The position numbers and the translations under genes were made by a program. A stretch of DNA of 64,000 nt from Asterias rubens (taxonomy: Eukaryota). The stretch lies in the NCBI RefSeq assembly GCF_902459465.1, contig NC_047075.1, positions 7,192,001-7,256,000 of the forward strand, written 5' to 3'. Within the stretch, counting starts at the first letter, position 1. Every line of letters begins with the position of its first letter. The notes under the pieces are model-generated. The model did not search any database. It saw only the letters and a program-made list of their open reading frames with translations, and was not told where the DNA came from. Below are positions 49,898 to 63,115 of this stretch, piece after piece.

Positions 49898-52599
49898 TTA
49901 GCCATATACTTTCACCAAGCAAAGTTTCACAAATCCTTCAGAAATTGTTTGTGGTGGCAGCAAACTTGAGGTCTGATTTGTCACGGTTTTGGTTTGAGTC
50001 CAGATAGCTCATTGCACCTGGGTCATTGTTTGTCTTTCCCCTTTGATTAGGCGTTAGGCGTAAAGCTGTAGCATAATAAAATGACAAGTGATACACACTT
50101 ATCGAAAGAGAAATGTTTTTGGCATCGTCAGGTTTAGATTGCCCAGCATCATTATTGTAAACCTAGCCTTTTATGGGACTCTTCGTTCGTGCTGTAGTAT
50201 AATACAAAAGAGAAAAGGCACCAGGGCTACCTGTTAACCCTCAAATGTTGCTGGGTCTCATAAAATTATAATTATTCAAACCTAGCTTTGCATAATGTCG
50301 TTACATTATAAGGGACAAGCTCGTAAAGAAAGAGCTATGCAAAAACTGAGCGTTATTATTATTTATGGTAATCATTAACTATTCAAAGATCATTCTGCGA
50401 TATAATCAACACAGTTCGTTTAATAACATTTTCATTTCTCATAACATTATGTGCGTTCTTTCCAATCGTAAATATATTCCAAAGTTTACATGCTTTCCAA
50501 TGGGTTATATGAATATTGAAATATCATGATAAATTTTCTCAAGAAAAATTAATGGAACTATTCATTTTGGGAAACTATGTATGTGTGAGGTTGTGTAAGC
50601 ATTGATTAACTTGATTAGTCAATTTGACTGGCAGAATGGCGGAAAATCACCCAATTATAAAACAGCTCATCTTGGAATATTATTTCAGCATGAATCGTTA
50701 TTTTTGACGTCATGATTAGCTTTTCGATCAGGTTGGCAAAACAGAATTTGTAATTTGCATTCTATTCAACAAGTTCATTTTGTTTGAACCCACGAGCAAA
50801 CTTATAACAATTGACAATGAAAGTAAACAACAACAGTGTCGTTCCGAATTTCAGAAATAACAGTAGAACTGTGAAATATCTCTAAATGATTCGATGACGC
50901 ACATTTTACCATAGAACTACTCTGTTAAAGTGTTCTCATACGATCGCGTTACTCACTATTTTGTAATTGCAAACATATTTTCACATAATTGCACTTAGAC
51001 TTTCATGTTTTTACAAACTACATTGCAGAATTGACGTCATTATTATCGATATATTGTTATTATTGTACATGTCTGTAGTTTGTATGTGAATTCCAATGGC
51101 TAGTTTGTCCTTGTTGCAGTTTACCCTGTGTTTAACAGTGTAACTATAGCAATCAATATAACAAGGGACCAAGTATGCCAGGACGCATTGCACGTTCTAT
51201 TTGCCCGTGACATTTAGGAGTCTAGGACCAGGTCAAACAAGGTGCTTAAAAAGAAATGGAAAATGCAATTTCGTGAATCTGATATTTAAACAAGTTGTTG
51301 TAAGTGGCACTGGACACTATGTAATTTTCAAAGACTACTCTTCTCACTTGGTGTATCTCAACATATGCATCAAATAAGAAATCCTGTGAAAGTTTGAGCC
51401 GCAGCTCAATTGGTCGTCAAAGTTGCAAAATGATAATGAAAGAAAAAACACCCTTGTGACACGAATTTATGTGCTTTCATCAGATGCTTGATTTCGAGAC
51501 CTCAAAATCTAGTTCTGAGGTCTCGAAATAAAATTCGTCGAAAATGCACGGTCGAAATGTCGAAAAAACTCAAACAGCCGTCAGTTCCCACGTCTTCTCA
51601 ACATGTTGAATTAGAATGGCATAAAACATGGGAATAGTCTGGCATGATATTCAATTACTTATAACAGTTATTCAAAAAGCCTTGAGCATTGTTTGGGATT
51701 TCTTTCAATCAAAACCAATTGTATACAATCATTCAAACCATAGAGTATTACTCTACGTTCCAACTTATAATTACTCACAGATGTGTTTATAATTAAACAA
51801 TCCAGTGCCATTGCTTCCTGGACCAGCTCTTAATATCCACCTCAAATAGAATTTAATTAAAACCTGTTTGCTAATTGTTAAATTTATACCTAGTTTAATC
51901 TTATTTGTCCGGCAAAGGACATGGTCTGAGTTGTATGTACAAAACGGAGTCCTACACAAATATTTGCTGATAAGAAAAGCCTATACACGTATTAACACGG
52001 GTTGAAAGGGGAGTTTATGTTTGCGCAATATTTCGGCTATTGGTAAAAAGGTTCTACATCTTTTAACAGAACGTTTTATTATGGACATTTCTGTGCCGCG
52101 CTGCAATCAACTACGATGGGCGAGTTCCTCAAACAACCAAAACAACAACCTATTGTCATTTACAGTTTGAGTAAATTTGTATTTCGAATGAACACAATTG
52201 TGTTTATAGGTCGCTGTTTTAACCTTACGGGGGAAATACAGCAACGATTGAGCACAATAGTTTATCAAAACAGTCTAGTAGTTGAACTTGTCGGCTTGCT
52301 ATGGTGACTTTGGTTCTGCTTGAATAGAGACTATGACATCTAAATAGAGTGGAAGGTGCAGCATGGTATTGTGAGAAAGTATGTGTGGTTTATAACTTAT
52401 GTTTCAATAACCGAGTTGAGGCCTGATGTGGAACAGAGTTCTTTTGATGCAGTTGAATTTAACAATCATACTTCAAAATACTGTAAAAGTTTGAGTGCTA
52501 GAAAATGAATGCAGAGAAACTAAACTCTGGACAATTCGATTGATTGTTGGACCGAGTTCTGAGACGCCGCTGTTTTTAGACTGTATCTCACCGGGCAGA

Positions 52600-52742
52600 A
52601 TGAACGTAGGAGCCGGCCGGATCTTAGCCGTCATTGATGAGGAGCCGAGATGTGAAATTGCTACGGGGTCGAATGGGGAGGAAGGGGGATATATTAATGA
52701 GAACGATGATGATGTTACGGAATACAACCTTGTTCCGGAGAG
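52600..52742 (+). CDS. Candidate alternative first exon of RASEF with no EF hand (MNVGAGRILAVIDEEPRCE...YNLVPE)
   Basis: ATG with A at -3 in a locally GC-richer patch; donor AG|gtttgt in phase 2, compatible with exon C. Confidence 0.45.
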
Positions 52743-53044
52743 GTTTGTTCAACAGTTTTGAATAAGTATAGGACTTTTACGAAACCCTGGCGTTGGCTTA
52801 CGATTTGGCTAAATAGGCTCACGGAGCCTAAGCCTTAGCCGCATGACCTTTGTAAACCACCTGTTGCATTTTCTACCAGTGCACAGTAATGCTTTGCAGA
52901 AATACTGCTTAGCAGAACAAGGTAAACAGCCAAAGTTTCATTCGACATGCACGATTTGTGACTGGTTAACTGCTTAGCAAATATGCTCAGCAAATATTGT
53001 TTAACATTTGCTGCTGAAGCAGCTTTTTAAAATTTGACATAGCT

Positions 53045-53235
53045 AGGTAAAATCAAGAGTAAGACAAGTCGTATATTGAGTAAGGACGAGTTACTCGTCC
53101 TAACTTAGGACTAGCTTTAACATTTTTAGTATCTAGACAAGTCTTGTCCTAACTTAGGACTAGCCTTAACATTTTTAGTATCTACTAGGACTAGTCCCAA
53201 GTTAGGACTAGTCTTATCTCTTTGTGAAATCGTCA
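53045..53235. mobile_element. Element with internal GTCCTAACTTAGGACTAG palindromic repeats
   Basis: The motif is repeated three times in both orientations; the terminus CTCTTTGTGAAATC is related to GATTTCACAAAGAG near 16628. Confidence 0.5.
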
Positions 53236-55923
53236 TCAGGTCTCGTTTAAGGGTTCATTCCGTATATACATGCATGACTTGGGTAGAGGTTAGGGTCGGT
53301 GTTAAGGAGTTGTAGATTCAACTTTCCCTCTTCTTTCCAGGCAAATAAGAGCTAGAAGAGCTAGCAGAGCTAGAAGTGCTGCGTTTGTAGTTTAATTGGG
53401 GTACAAGGACTACACTAAATTAACAGTGTTTCACATTTACATATTTTATACCATGTTATTGTTCTCTGCAATATTTCAGCGCCATGCAATATCGTATGAT
53501 TCATAGCAAACATCTGGTTCGTATCGATTTGATAAACTCGTGGCTCTGTTTGATAAATTCTGGGTAAATTACTACAAACGTGGGCGTATGACGTCAGATT
53601 ATCAAATAATAACTATTATCTATTTTAATTTTGTTATCTTTACGATTTGGTACATTGAATTTAAGAAGGATCAGTTTTACACGACCACGCGTTCATGGGT
53701 TTATACAAAAATGTTCAAATTATTTGTAGTATAAAATATTTGTATGTTATTAGTCGTACCGTCACTCAAAATGAGATGGAAAGTTTAACTATTCACAACC
53801 TTGTTTTGTTTAGTTGTTCTGCCAAAGATGAAGATGTTTCTGTTGTTATTGTTGTCAATGTTTTGTTGTTGTTGTTGTTGTTGTAGTTGTTGTTCAGTGT
53901 TTATTTTGTTGTCTTGTAAAGTGTATTTACCTCTATTCCAGAGGATGGATGAATGTTCATTGCAACAACCAATGGTACATATCCTACTGCCTGCCGAACT
54001 ATGACAATTCAGAAGCTCGAACCCAATGCGCTGTCAATCCTACAGGCACTTTTCATTCAATTTGTGATGATGAAAACTGTGCATCAGCAAACATCCATTA
54101 TTGATACAACTGCAAAGCAATGACGAATGGATAAGTAATTAATATTGAACTTCGTGTCGTACTAAAACGAAGGCCCGATATTAATGTTCATTGCTCACAA
54201 TACAATTAAATTCAGTTTTCGCAATCCCTCTTTTTAAGGGTGTTATTTTCATCGAACAAAGAAGATTAATTGTATTAAAATAATAAAGAGATCTGCTTCA
54301 AGGCATTGACACCTTTGGTAATTAATTTCCAAAGGCTAGTATTCACACTTGGTGTATCCCAACATGCATAAAGTAACAAATCTGTGAACATTTGGGCTCA
54401 ATTGGTCATCAGAGATACAAGAAAATAATAACAGAAAACACCCTTGTTGACCAAAAGTGTGCCAAAGAAAGGCTTCCGGCCTGCAATCTTTTAAAATTCG
54501 AAATTATTAACAAAAAATAATAGTGTTCACCTAGGATTATTTCAAACGTTGAATTTCTTTCGAACAAAGTTGTGTTACGAATGAAGTTCGAATTAATGCA
54601 ACTCCATCATTCTGTGATATTGCGTATACAGGCAAACTTAACTAAGTTACAACGAATCCTCTAGCATTTCTTGTTTTATTTTATTACTTTTTACTCAAAT
54701 TATAATGCCAGTTTTCATGACGTAAGCAATTATTTGCAAAACTTACCCGTATAAAATCATGCATTCAATTACTAAAACGAAATTATAATAGTTTTGTTTG
54801 TGCCGAAATTTCACGGCCCGATCTTGAATTCCATAAAGTACCAGCATTTGTATGCAAAGTGCGCATTGGGTACCGTCTGAATAGTTAAACCACACAGCAT
54901 GTGATTTGTGCTGGTCTAGTTTACGGACATGCTGGTTTGTTTGACTAATAAGCTTACGTACGTACCAGCACTGGACTTTGCTCGGAAAAGTTATTTTGGA
55001 TTCAACAGCCAGGAAGGCTTGGGATAAACAACTTTTATTCGTTATCGTTTTCTCTACTGATTTACACCCAAATGGTTACAAGCTGTTAAAAAGTGTCGGA
55101 TATGTCATAGCCGTTGTTAAAGTGTCATTGTTTTTGGATAAATCTGTCAGAACTTTCTATGGGACAGTTGACAATTCCTGGATGTCATCGTGACCACCAT
55201 AGTGTTATCGTACCACTGATGATTGTATTGTTTTACAACCAGCGATAACGAACAGTTGATGTCGTCAATCATCTTAAGTTGCCATTGTCGTTGTTAAAGT
55301 GTCTGTCGTTGCCATTTTGAGGAACTTTCTATTAGGGTTGACAGTTGACAATTTATGTCAATATTGTCAATACTTAAACTGACAGAGTGCACGTGTTATA
55401 CCGTGCTACTGGTGTCTGTATTCTGTTTACGGTTGCCGTGTTGTCGCGACTGCTGTCATTGTTGTGGAAATTGTCACCGCCGCTGTCATTGTCGTCGAAT
55501 TTGTCACCACTGTTGTCATTTTAATATGGAGGCCAAAGCGAGATGTCCAAGTATCAATGACAGTGAGGAATTACAATCCAGTATGTTCAATCTACTACCA
55601 GCGTACGTAATAACCTATATCAATGTTAACATATGGATAAATTATTAATTAACTATGGAATAGTCCATTCTAACCAACACTTTGTTTAATTTTAAGATTC
55701 AAAATCAAGTAGGATACCAGACGTCACAGATCATGTAACATGGTATTTTGGTTATGATGGTAGCCTAGAACTGGTAAGCATGGAATTGTGCTTAAGCTAC
55801 GTTTTATTCTTAAAGGCAAAGTAAACCTTTTGATTTACTTGTTACCATTTCACTGTTCTAATCAAACGGGGAAGTCCGGAGTGGTAGTGTCCACACTTGA
55901 AGAATAATCCGTTAATGGAATAC

Positions 55924-56157
55924 ACAATCTGAGAAACGTTACCGACAGTATAACGCTGCTTGTTTTCAGAACAATCTGAGAAACGTTACCGACAGTATAA
56001 CGCTGCTTGTTTTCAGAACAATCTGAGAAACGTTACCGACAGTATAACGCTGCTTGTTTTCAGAACAATCTGAGAAACGTTACCGACAGTATAACGCTTC
56101 TTGTTTTCAGAACAATCTGAGAAACGTTACCGACAGTATAACGCTTCTTGTTTTCAA
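55924..56157. repeat. 47-bp tandem repeat, 5 copies
   Basis: ACAATCTGAGAAACGTTACC occurs at 55924, 55971, 56018, 56065 and 56112. Confidence 0.97.
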
Positions 56158-58194
56158 TAGATTGTGTGGCATAAAACTGTTATATTTTGTAATTAAATTA
56201 GTAAAAATATTTATTGAAGTAAATGAGTCAAAACATTGACTATTGATTTTGTTTGGAAAAGGTGCAAACACACTTTGTTTTCCTCTTATATTATTATATT
56301 TTTATTTCTGGTTTACAATTTCTCGTCACTCTGAGGACTAATTAAGCAGTCATTTTCACATTTCAGTGATTTCAGTTATTTGATGTGTATTGAGTAGGAA
56401 ACAAAGCGTTTCTTTTTACCATGTTGGTTGTGTGCTTTAATATTCTATATTGACAAACTATCACTTTGTTACTAGCAGTTGCGTGTCCAAGAAACAACGC
56501 GGCAAACTGTTAATTAAAATACAATAACAAGATACGTTCACACAACATGTTATGGTAAACACTTAGATCGGTTTAATTACAATCAAATTAAGTTGATAAA
56601 TAAAGCTAATCACATGCTCTATTAAAGAGAAAGCATTATTAACGCTATCAGCTTACAAATACCAACTACTTTCTGCTTGTTGTTTGAAACGCGAAGAATC
56701 CTTGTGACCTTATCACACGATAGATTAACAATATTGAAAATACCTAATCAGCTTATACGATTTTGTAGTATTAATAACTATTTAAAAAGAGAGATTAATA
56801 AGTTAGCGTAAAATAAAAACCCTAACTTAAATTTATAACTGGGTTTGGAATTTTTTCGGGAAATTTGTACAGAATGCCATAAGATGAGAGAAGTTTTTTT
56901 TGTAAAGTGGCAATAAACTGAAAAGAAGACTATCCGTTTGAAATACTGTCAAAGTTGCGGATAAGAAACTTTAAAATAAAAGTACAGTCATTTATTTTGA
57001 TTGTCGTAATTCACAAAATCCTTCCAAAGAAAGGTATTTTGAAACAGACTCTGCTAGTGTCGAAACGTCATTGGCACATTTGGCTTATAACATGTTTGTT
57101 TTGGTAGTGAAGCTGTTTGTTTGGCCGAGTCAAATTATTACAGTTATTACTTGTCATTTGTAGACATTTTCCTTTGAAACATTTTAGGTTAATTTTATCA
57201 ACTGTATGTCCACATTTTTGGGTAATTCATGTTATGTCTCCTTTGCTCCCCATCACTTCACGATTATTTCTTGTCTTCACGCTGCCGTTTACATAAGCCC
57301 TTGTCGAAACCACGGCTCAGGCTTTGGATTCTGCTTTGCTAGGCTCCGTTCTCTCGTCTGAAGCCCCGAGCGCGTATACCCAAAGCACGCGCAATTGTCA
57401 AAACAACCGGCGGGGCCAAGCTAATAGCCTGAGCCGAATCCAAAACTAAATCCAGCTGTTCCGAAAAGGGCCATAAACTGTCCATTTAAACCTACTTCTT
57501 CACTTGTCTTATGTCTGCAGTGGGATATTTAAAGATTATGGCCGGCCCCATACAATCTTACAAACTAAAAATCACTATCTCATGATGTGTACAGCGTTAA
57601 CAGGTTATAAAATATTGATCAGGAATCGATTAGTTACCAAAGATCTCAAAGGACGCCAGTTAAGTATAGACGCGTTGTTTGGTTCTGTAATACTGTTTAA
57701 CGTAACAAGACAGCCATGTAGAGTTGCAGATCAAATGATATGGGTTAAGAAACCGTTTTAGGGAAAAGCAAACTGAGTTGAATATAGTTTTATGTTTGGA
57801 CGTACTGGACGTCAAGGAATGTAAGTACATGTTTTGATAGTAATAGTTCTAGAAACAGAGATAAACATTTCCGTCTTTAATGGTGTGATATAACAGTGAA
57901 TAGACCACGGCACACAACGCAATTTACAGGCAACCAGTTGCAGGCAATCTCCAAGAATAAGGTTCCGTAGCATACACTGCAATCAGTTGGTTGCCTTTAG
58001 TGAGTTTTGGCTGGGAGGCAGATTATGTTTTGTGCTTATTAGCTTTTGTAAACATTGATATTGGGCCCCACTTATCCTCTATGGGAAAGCTAGAATCACT
58101 CAAGACAATTTCTGAAAGTTCACAAATTGTACCTGATTTTTTAATTACTGATAATTAATGGTAAGTTTGTTTATATTTTGTTGTTGTTTTGCAG

Positions 58195-58344
58195 CCAGGA
58201 GCAAGTGTGTGAGTTATACCAACAACTTCATACGGCTGAACTTCCACATTGCTTGAGCCAGTTTGAAACCATCATATTCGAGACGATTAAAGACATCAAA
58301 CAGCAGCAGGCAGAAACAACTCGATTGGAACAGTCACTGAAAAG
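58195..58344 (+). CDS. RASEF: RASEF exon C, start of coiled coil (QEQVCELYQQL...EQSLKR)
   Basis: ttgttgttttgcag| ... AG|gttagt, 150 nt, phase 2-2. Matches human EEQVSTLYQNI. Confidence 0.93.
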
Positions 58345-59709
58345 GTTAGTGTTTCTTTGTTATTTCAACCGAACGACTATTTCATGTCTAAATAGCATTG
58401 GGACTAAACTTATTAGCATTCATGCAATTATGACTAATAACAATCTGTCTACTAATGTCTACAAACAAAAGGTATTCGCTACTGATTACAAATTTCAATG
58501 AAAACCTAAGAGCGGTTAAGTGCATCGGACTCAAGTTCTGGCGGTTAAAGTCACCAGAGTGTGGGTTCAAATCCCGGTCATGACAACTTAGACTTGTGTC
58601 ATTGAGCAAGACACTTAGCTACAATTGCTTCTCTTCACCCAGGAGTAAGTATGGGTACTGGAAGCGCAATGGTCATTCGTTTGACTTTCGCTGAAAAAGA
58701 GTCGATATTATTATTAGTATTATTTTAAGTTAGTGTATACAGACTCAATGCTGGTAGGTGACCTAGTTTTTCTACGTAAAACAATACTTCCATAAACATT
58801 GACTGAACGTAAATCACTATTCTGAAGTCAAGCTTTTGCGATCATGTGATGTAGAATAAAATATAAGCTGACGTCAATATTAGATAAATGACATTTTGCC
58901 AAGGTGAGCTGTATTTCAACTTGTTCAGTTGAAATATGTAACAGATGTTGAAATCGTAAAATGTACGATTTCAATATGGAGATTTATTGACTACAATCAT
59001 ACGATGGAATAATTGACATGAATTTTTCCAATTAAGGCTGTTAAACAAAACATGCAGCTGCAGTTACTGTGTGGACAATCATGTTCTGCACACTTAAGGG
59101 GCATTCTATTGTTTGACACTGTGTGGACGTATGTGGGTCCACACGGTGTTTTGAATTCAAGTCCCATAGTATGTGGACTTATGTTGTTCTGAAGTCCACC
59201 CTAAATCATTTGCAAAAACGAGAACACAAGAGTTGGACAATAAAAACACAAACAACAACAGAACACATCACCGAATGTAGCTAATGAAAATGTTTAAAAC
59301 AAAACAAAAATGGAAATGTAATGTCATTTAAGTCAGCATGTCTTCTGTATTTATAAAATAAAGCTTGCGATCAGCTTCTGACACCATACGCCTATAACCG
59401 AACACCCAACCATCAGAACACTCTCATCTGCTCACAACCAAACTTTCTCCTTTGTTGCTCCCCAAATTTGGAACAACCTCCCAGTACGTATCAGAAACTA
59501 TAACTCTTTACTTTTGTTCAAAAAATCCTTTAAAACTCATTTGTATCAGATGTAATAACTTGTATGTTGTAGTTATAGTTCCATGGCCATTGGTTTTGCT
59601 CTTTTCAGTGCTTTGATCGTAATGTAAAGGCGCGTTACAAGTATTTTGTTGTATGTAAAGTATGTATGTTATCAGATATTAAAAGGTTGATGTTGGTTTG
59701 TCTGTACAG

Positions 59710-59896
59710 AGCCAACGAGTCCCACACAGAGCATCTTCAACACATAGAGCTGGAGATGGAGACACAAATGACAAAGTTAGAAGCAAGAGTAAGAGAAGAA
59801 GAGAAAGAAACAGCCATCATTGAGAAAGAAGAACTCAAGAAAAGATTAGAGGCTGAGATAACTGAGTTACAAGCAAACCTCAGCAGATTTCACTCC
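59710..59896 (+). CDS. RASEF: RASEF exon D (ANESHTEHLQHIELEMETQM...LSRFHS)
   Basis: tctgtacag| ... TCC|gtaagc, 187 nt, phase 2-0. Matches human LSELEEEMDQRIQ...ETEVGDLQ. Confidence 0.92.
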
Positions 59897-60311
59897 GTAA
59901 GCTCAAACATTTTATAAAACATTTAACTAGATCTTCGGGCGCATAAATTTTGCAACAAGGGTGCTTCTCTATTTCATTATCTTGCAACTTCGTTGATCTA
60001 TTTAGCCTAAATGTTTACACATGTTGTTATCTGATGCATGTTTGGATACACCAAGTGAGAATCCTGGTCTTTTACGATTACCGGATGTGTACAGTGCCTT
60101 TCAACAAGAGAGCGCGGAAGTAAATGTTACTCTTTCAAAAGTAGATTGTTATTTTCAAACCTCGGTTGAAGTTTCGGCTACTACTTACAACCAAACACCG
60201 AAATTGCACGTTTTCAATGTACGGAGCCTGAACTGGACTCAAAACGTGTTTTCGAAAATGGCCTATCGTTTCAAACTTTTCGACTATTTCATGTTTCATT
60301 TATTGTTGTAG

Positions 60312-60493
60312 TTTGAAAAGAGATGGCACAGTCGAGAGAAACCCAAAGATGAAGCGCTTAAGAAGAAACTGGATGAGTTACAGCATGAGAATAGACAACT
60401 AAAGAGCAGCTTAACCGAAGCCTCAACTACACTAGCCATAACACGTAGTGAGTTAGCAGCATTCAAGTCAGAGTATGATGAGTGTATGGATAG
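60312..60493 (+). CDS. RASEF: RASEF exon E (FEKRW...LQHENRQLKSSLTEA...SELAAFKSEYDECMD)
   Basis: ttattgttgtag| ... AG|gtaaga, 182 nt, phase 0-2. Matches human LSMENQKVKKDLLEAQ...SELDALKSDY. Confidence 0.92.
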
Positions 60494-60817
60494 GTAAGAA
60501 CTAAACTAGGTTTAGGTTTAACCTCAAAAAGTAAACTGGTTTATGGTTATAAATATATCTGATTTTTAGCTGATTTATAAAGGTGTGGTAAAGTTAACTA
60601 GTTTACTACCTTGTAACTCGAGTGGTTGTTTAACTTGCAAACCTTAATTATGTTTGTTTGCTACTTTAATTTGTTAAAAGTTCAACTAATATTAGTTTAA
60701 TCACTTTTGCAAGAATTAATCTGCGATCGTGATTCATGATCGCCACTCATCACAAGAAATACTTCACAGATTTTATACCACTCACTCACTTTTCTTTATT
60801 TTCTGTTTTCTGTCTAG

Positions 60818-60886
60818 TGATAAAAGTTTACTGCACGAGTACATGTACGATCATGACAGTCTCGCAAGACAAGTTCAGTTGCTACA
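60818..60886 (+). CDS. RASEF: RASEF exon F (DKSLLHEYMYDHDSLARQVQLL)
   Basis: ttttctgtctag| ... CA|gtaagt, 69 nt, phase 2-2. Matches human DRNSLERQIEILQ. Confidence 0.9.
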
Positions 60887-61275
60887 GTAAGTATATAACA
60901 ATCTTTCATTTCTGGGTTTGCCAAGTCATTTTGATAACTGTTCTTAAACGATCGGTCTGTAAACTTGGGTTGGGTTATATTTACGAGTTTTAATCTTTAT
61001 ATAAACGAAACGAAACGTTGGACATCAGAGAACTATGATACAAAATTTCAAACGATTGAAAAAAAAAATCGCACGATACGGGTTCAAATATTTGAAACTT
61101 TGCGAGGCTCCAGAGTTAATTTATAATGCCATATTCGTAAACAAAAAGAACAATTTAGTATGAAATTTAGTACGCACATGTGCAGTTAAGTATATGCAAT
61201 GTCAATATTGCCAATGCATACGACGGCAGTTTTATGCTAGTTTTTAAAATAATGAATGATGGTTTTATGTTTTAG

Positions 61276-61342
61276 GGAGGCAAACAGAAGATTACAAGAT
61301 ACAAATGACGATCTACGAGCCACTGTTGACAGTATGAAGCGG
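61276..61342 (+). CDS. RASEF: RASEF exon G (EANRRLQDTNDDLRATVDSMKR)
   Basis: ttttatgttttag| ... CGG|gtaagc, 67 nt, phase 2-0. Matches human ANRKLHDSNDGLRS. Confidence 0.92.
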
Positions 61343-61604
61343 GTAAGCAGTTGACTTCTCCTTATAATTTTCTTGCAATAAAATTTTAAAAAATCTGTAT
61401 ACAAATTATTTTCTTTATTAAAAAAAAACCCATTGGGTTTATTTTCTTACCTTTCTCGATTATTGTAACATTATACTTTTGTTTGGCAATAATTGTTTTA
61501 AACATAATTTAAATACCAGTAGGGCCTTGTGTTGCCTCAGAATAAAAAAAACACGTTTGTGATTGGTTACATGGTATTTAAATTACAGCATCAATTGACT
61601 TGTT

Positions 61605-61775
61605 TGGCTTTGAACATAGAAATATTGACTGTGGTAGAACATGAACCAACTACCTCCAGATTAACCGTACGGGCGATCGACCAAAGTGACTGACCTAATA
61701 GTAGGGCTCCGGTTCGATCTGGAGGTCGTTGGTTCATGTCTTGATACAGTCAAGATTTCTTTTCTCAAACCCTGT
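61605..61775. mobile_element. Palindromic tRNA-like element (second two-armed copy, decayed)
   Basis: Arms ...GAACCAACTACCTCCAGAT... and ...ATCTGGAGGTCGTTGGTTC..., with outer ends AGAAATATTGACTG and CAGTCAAGATTTCT. Confidence 0.65.
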
Positions 61776-62216
61776 TCTATTTAAATGTTACCCATTCTGC
61801 GTCCTTTATGGTTTATTAATTGGTATGAGATATAGTAAAGGTACAATCGTTGATGATTAAAGTTGTGGCAAAAAAAAAAACACCACGACTTCCAAACAAT
61901 TATTTACAAACTCATGTTTAAATGATTTGTGAATTGTGATGCCTTTTGACTACTCAGTAATTAATTGTATTATGTATTTCGAATAGGTATTTGAATTAAC
62001 AGCAGCAATGGTCATATTACGACGTGTGGTATAAATCAAACAGCCATTGCTGTATATCACACACAAAGGATCAAGTTGAAAATAAAGTGCATGCAGCCTA
62101 GAATTTATTACTCATCGTAAAATGAAAGCAGTCAAATTTCAGCAACTCTCAATTGTTGATACACAACGTCGGGTATTGGGTCCATTTAAATGTGCGTTTT
62201 CTTGTTTATCCTTTAG

Positions 62217-62332
62217 TATCAGCATCAACGGTCACGCTCTGTTACACCAACCAATCAGAAGAGGAATGCCTTCAGCATGGTGCATTATGGTGAAGATTCA
62301 CCTTTGACCTTAAACATGGCCGCTGCTGATTC
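62217..62332 (+). CDS. RASEF: RASEF exon H (YQHQRSRSVTPTNQKR...AAAD)
   Basis: cttgtttatcctttag| ... TC|gtaagt, 116 nt, phase 0-2; bridges exons G and I in frame. Low-complexity linker with little homology. Confidence 0.78.
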
Positions 62333-62711
62333 GTAAGTACTTTAATAAACCGTTTTGTTTGAAACTAAATTAATACATTCCAAAAGAATCGCAATCGGCA
62401 TTGTCGAGTCTGTTTCATATTTGTATTATTACTCGCATATTTTGTAACAATGAAGCATGCATTGCTAGAAAGGGTAAGCAAACTTGGCATTGTTCTTGTG
62501 TTTTCCATCAAGGGGTCTTGATCCTAGACTTAACAGAGTGCAAGGGTGAACCAGATTAATGTAGTGTGTGTGTATTATTTCTAGAACCAACACGACCCAA
62601 AAGAAATATTCACACAGTGCAGTGTTACCGCAAACCTATTTTATAGTTATACTTCCACTGTGCAAAGTTACAAATCATACTCAAAATATAATTAGTAACT
62701 TTATGATAATG

Positions 62712-63020
62712 TAGTCATGATATGCAGATTTAGTTGAATGAGGCGGAGTCTGCTATCTCGAGAGAGTGAATAATTAAGTTTATGAATTATTCAAGATACG
62801 CAGATTTAGTAGGAGGCGGATTTTAATATTTAATACTCCGTAGAGAGTGAATAGTCAAGATTATACAATATTCATGATATGCAGATTTAGTCGAAGGCGG
62901 CAGATTCTAATATCTCAAGATTCTGTAGAGAGTGAATAATCAAGTTTGTGCATTATTCATGATATGCAGATTTAGTCGAAGAAGGCGGAGTCTAATATCT
63001 CAAGATTCCGTAGAAAGTGA
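62712..63020. repeat. About 80-bp degenerate tandem repeat, 4 copies, each containing the exon I acceptor
   Basis: CA(T/A)GATA(T/C)GCAG|ATTTAGT occurs near 62716, 62792, 62873 and 62958. Confidence 0.88.
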
Positions 63021-63115
63021 ATCTCCAATGCTTTGTCTGCCTGGATCGGGTTCGACTAAACGGCGATTCGTTTATCATCAAACAGCCGACGGTGAAAGCT
63101 ATCCAGATGAAGTCG
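62970..63115 (+). CDS. RASEF: RASEF exon I (FSRRRRSLISQDSVESE...SYPDEV); the gene, including the Rab domain, continues beyond the window
   Basis: gatatgcag| ... GTC G|gtaagt, 146 nt, phase 2-1; ends at ..EV-D like human ..CEVD. Confidence 0.72.

Noticed and set aside
53801-55648. Cys-rich ORFs (53801-54004, 55355-55648) as metallothionein-like proteins
   Set aside because: They derive from (TTG)n and TGT-rich low-complexity intronic sequence and lack a gene structure.
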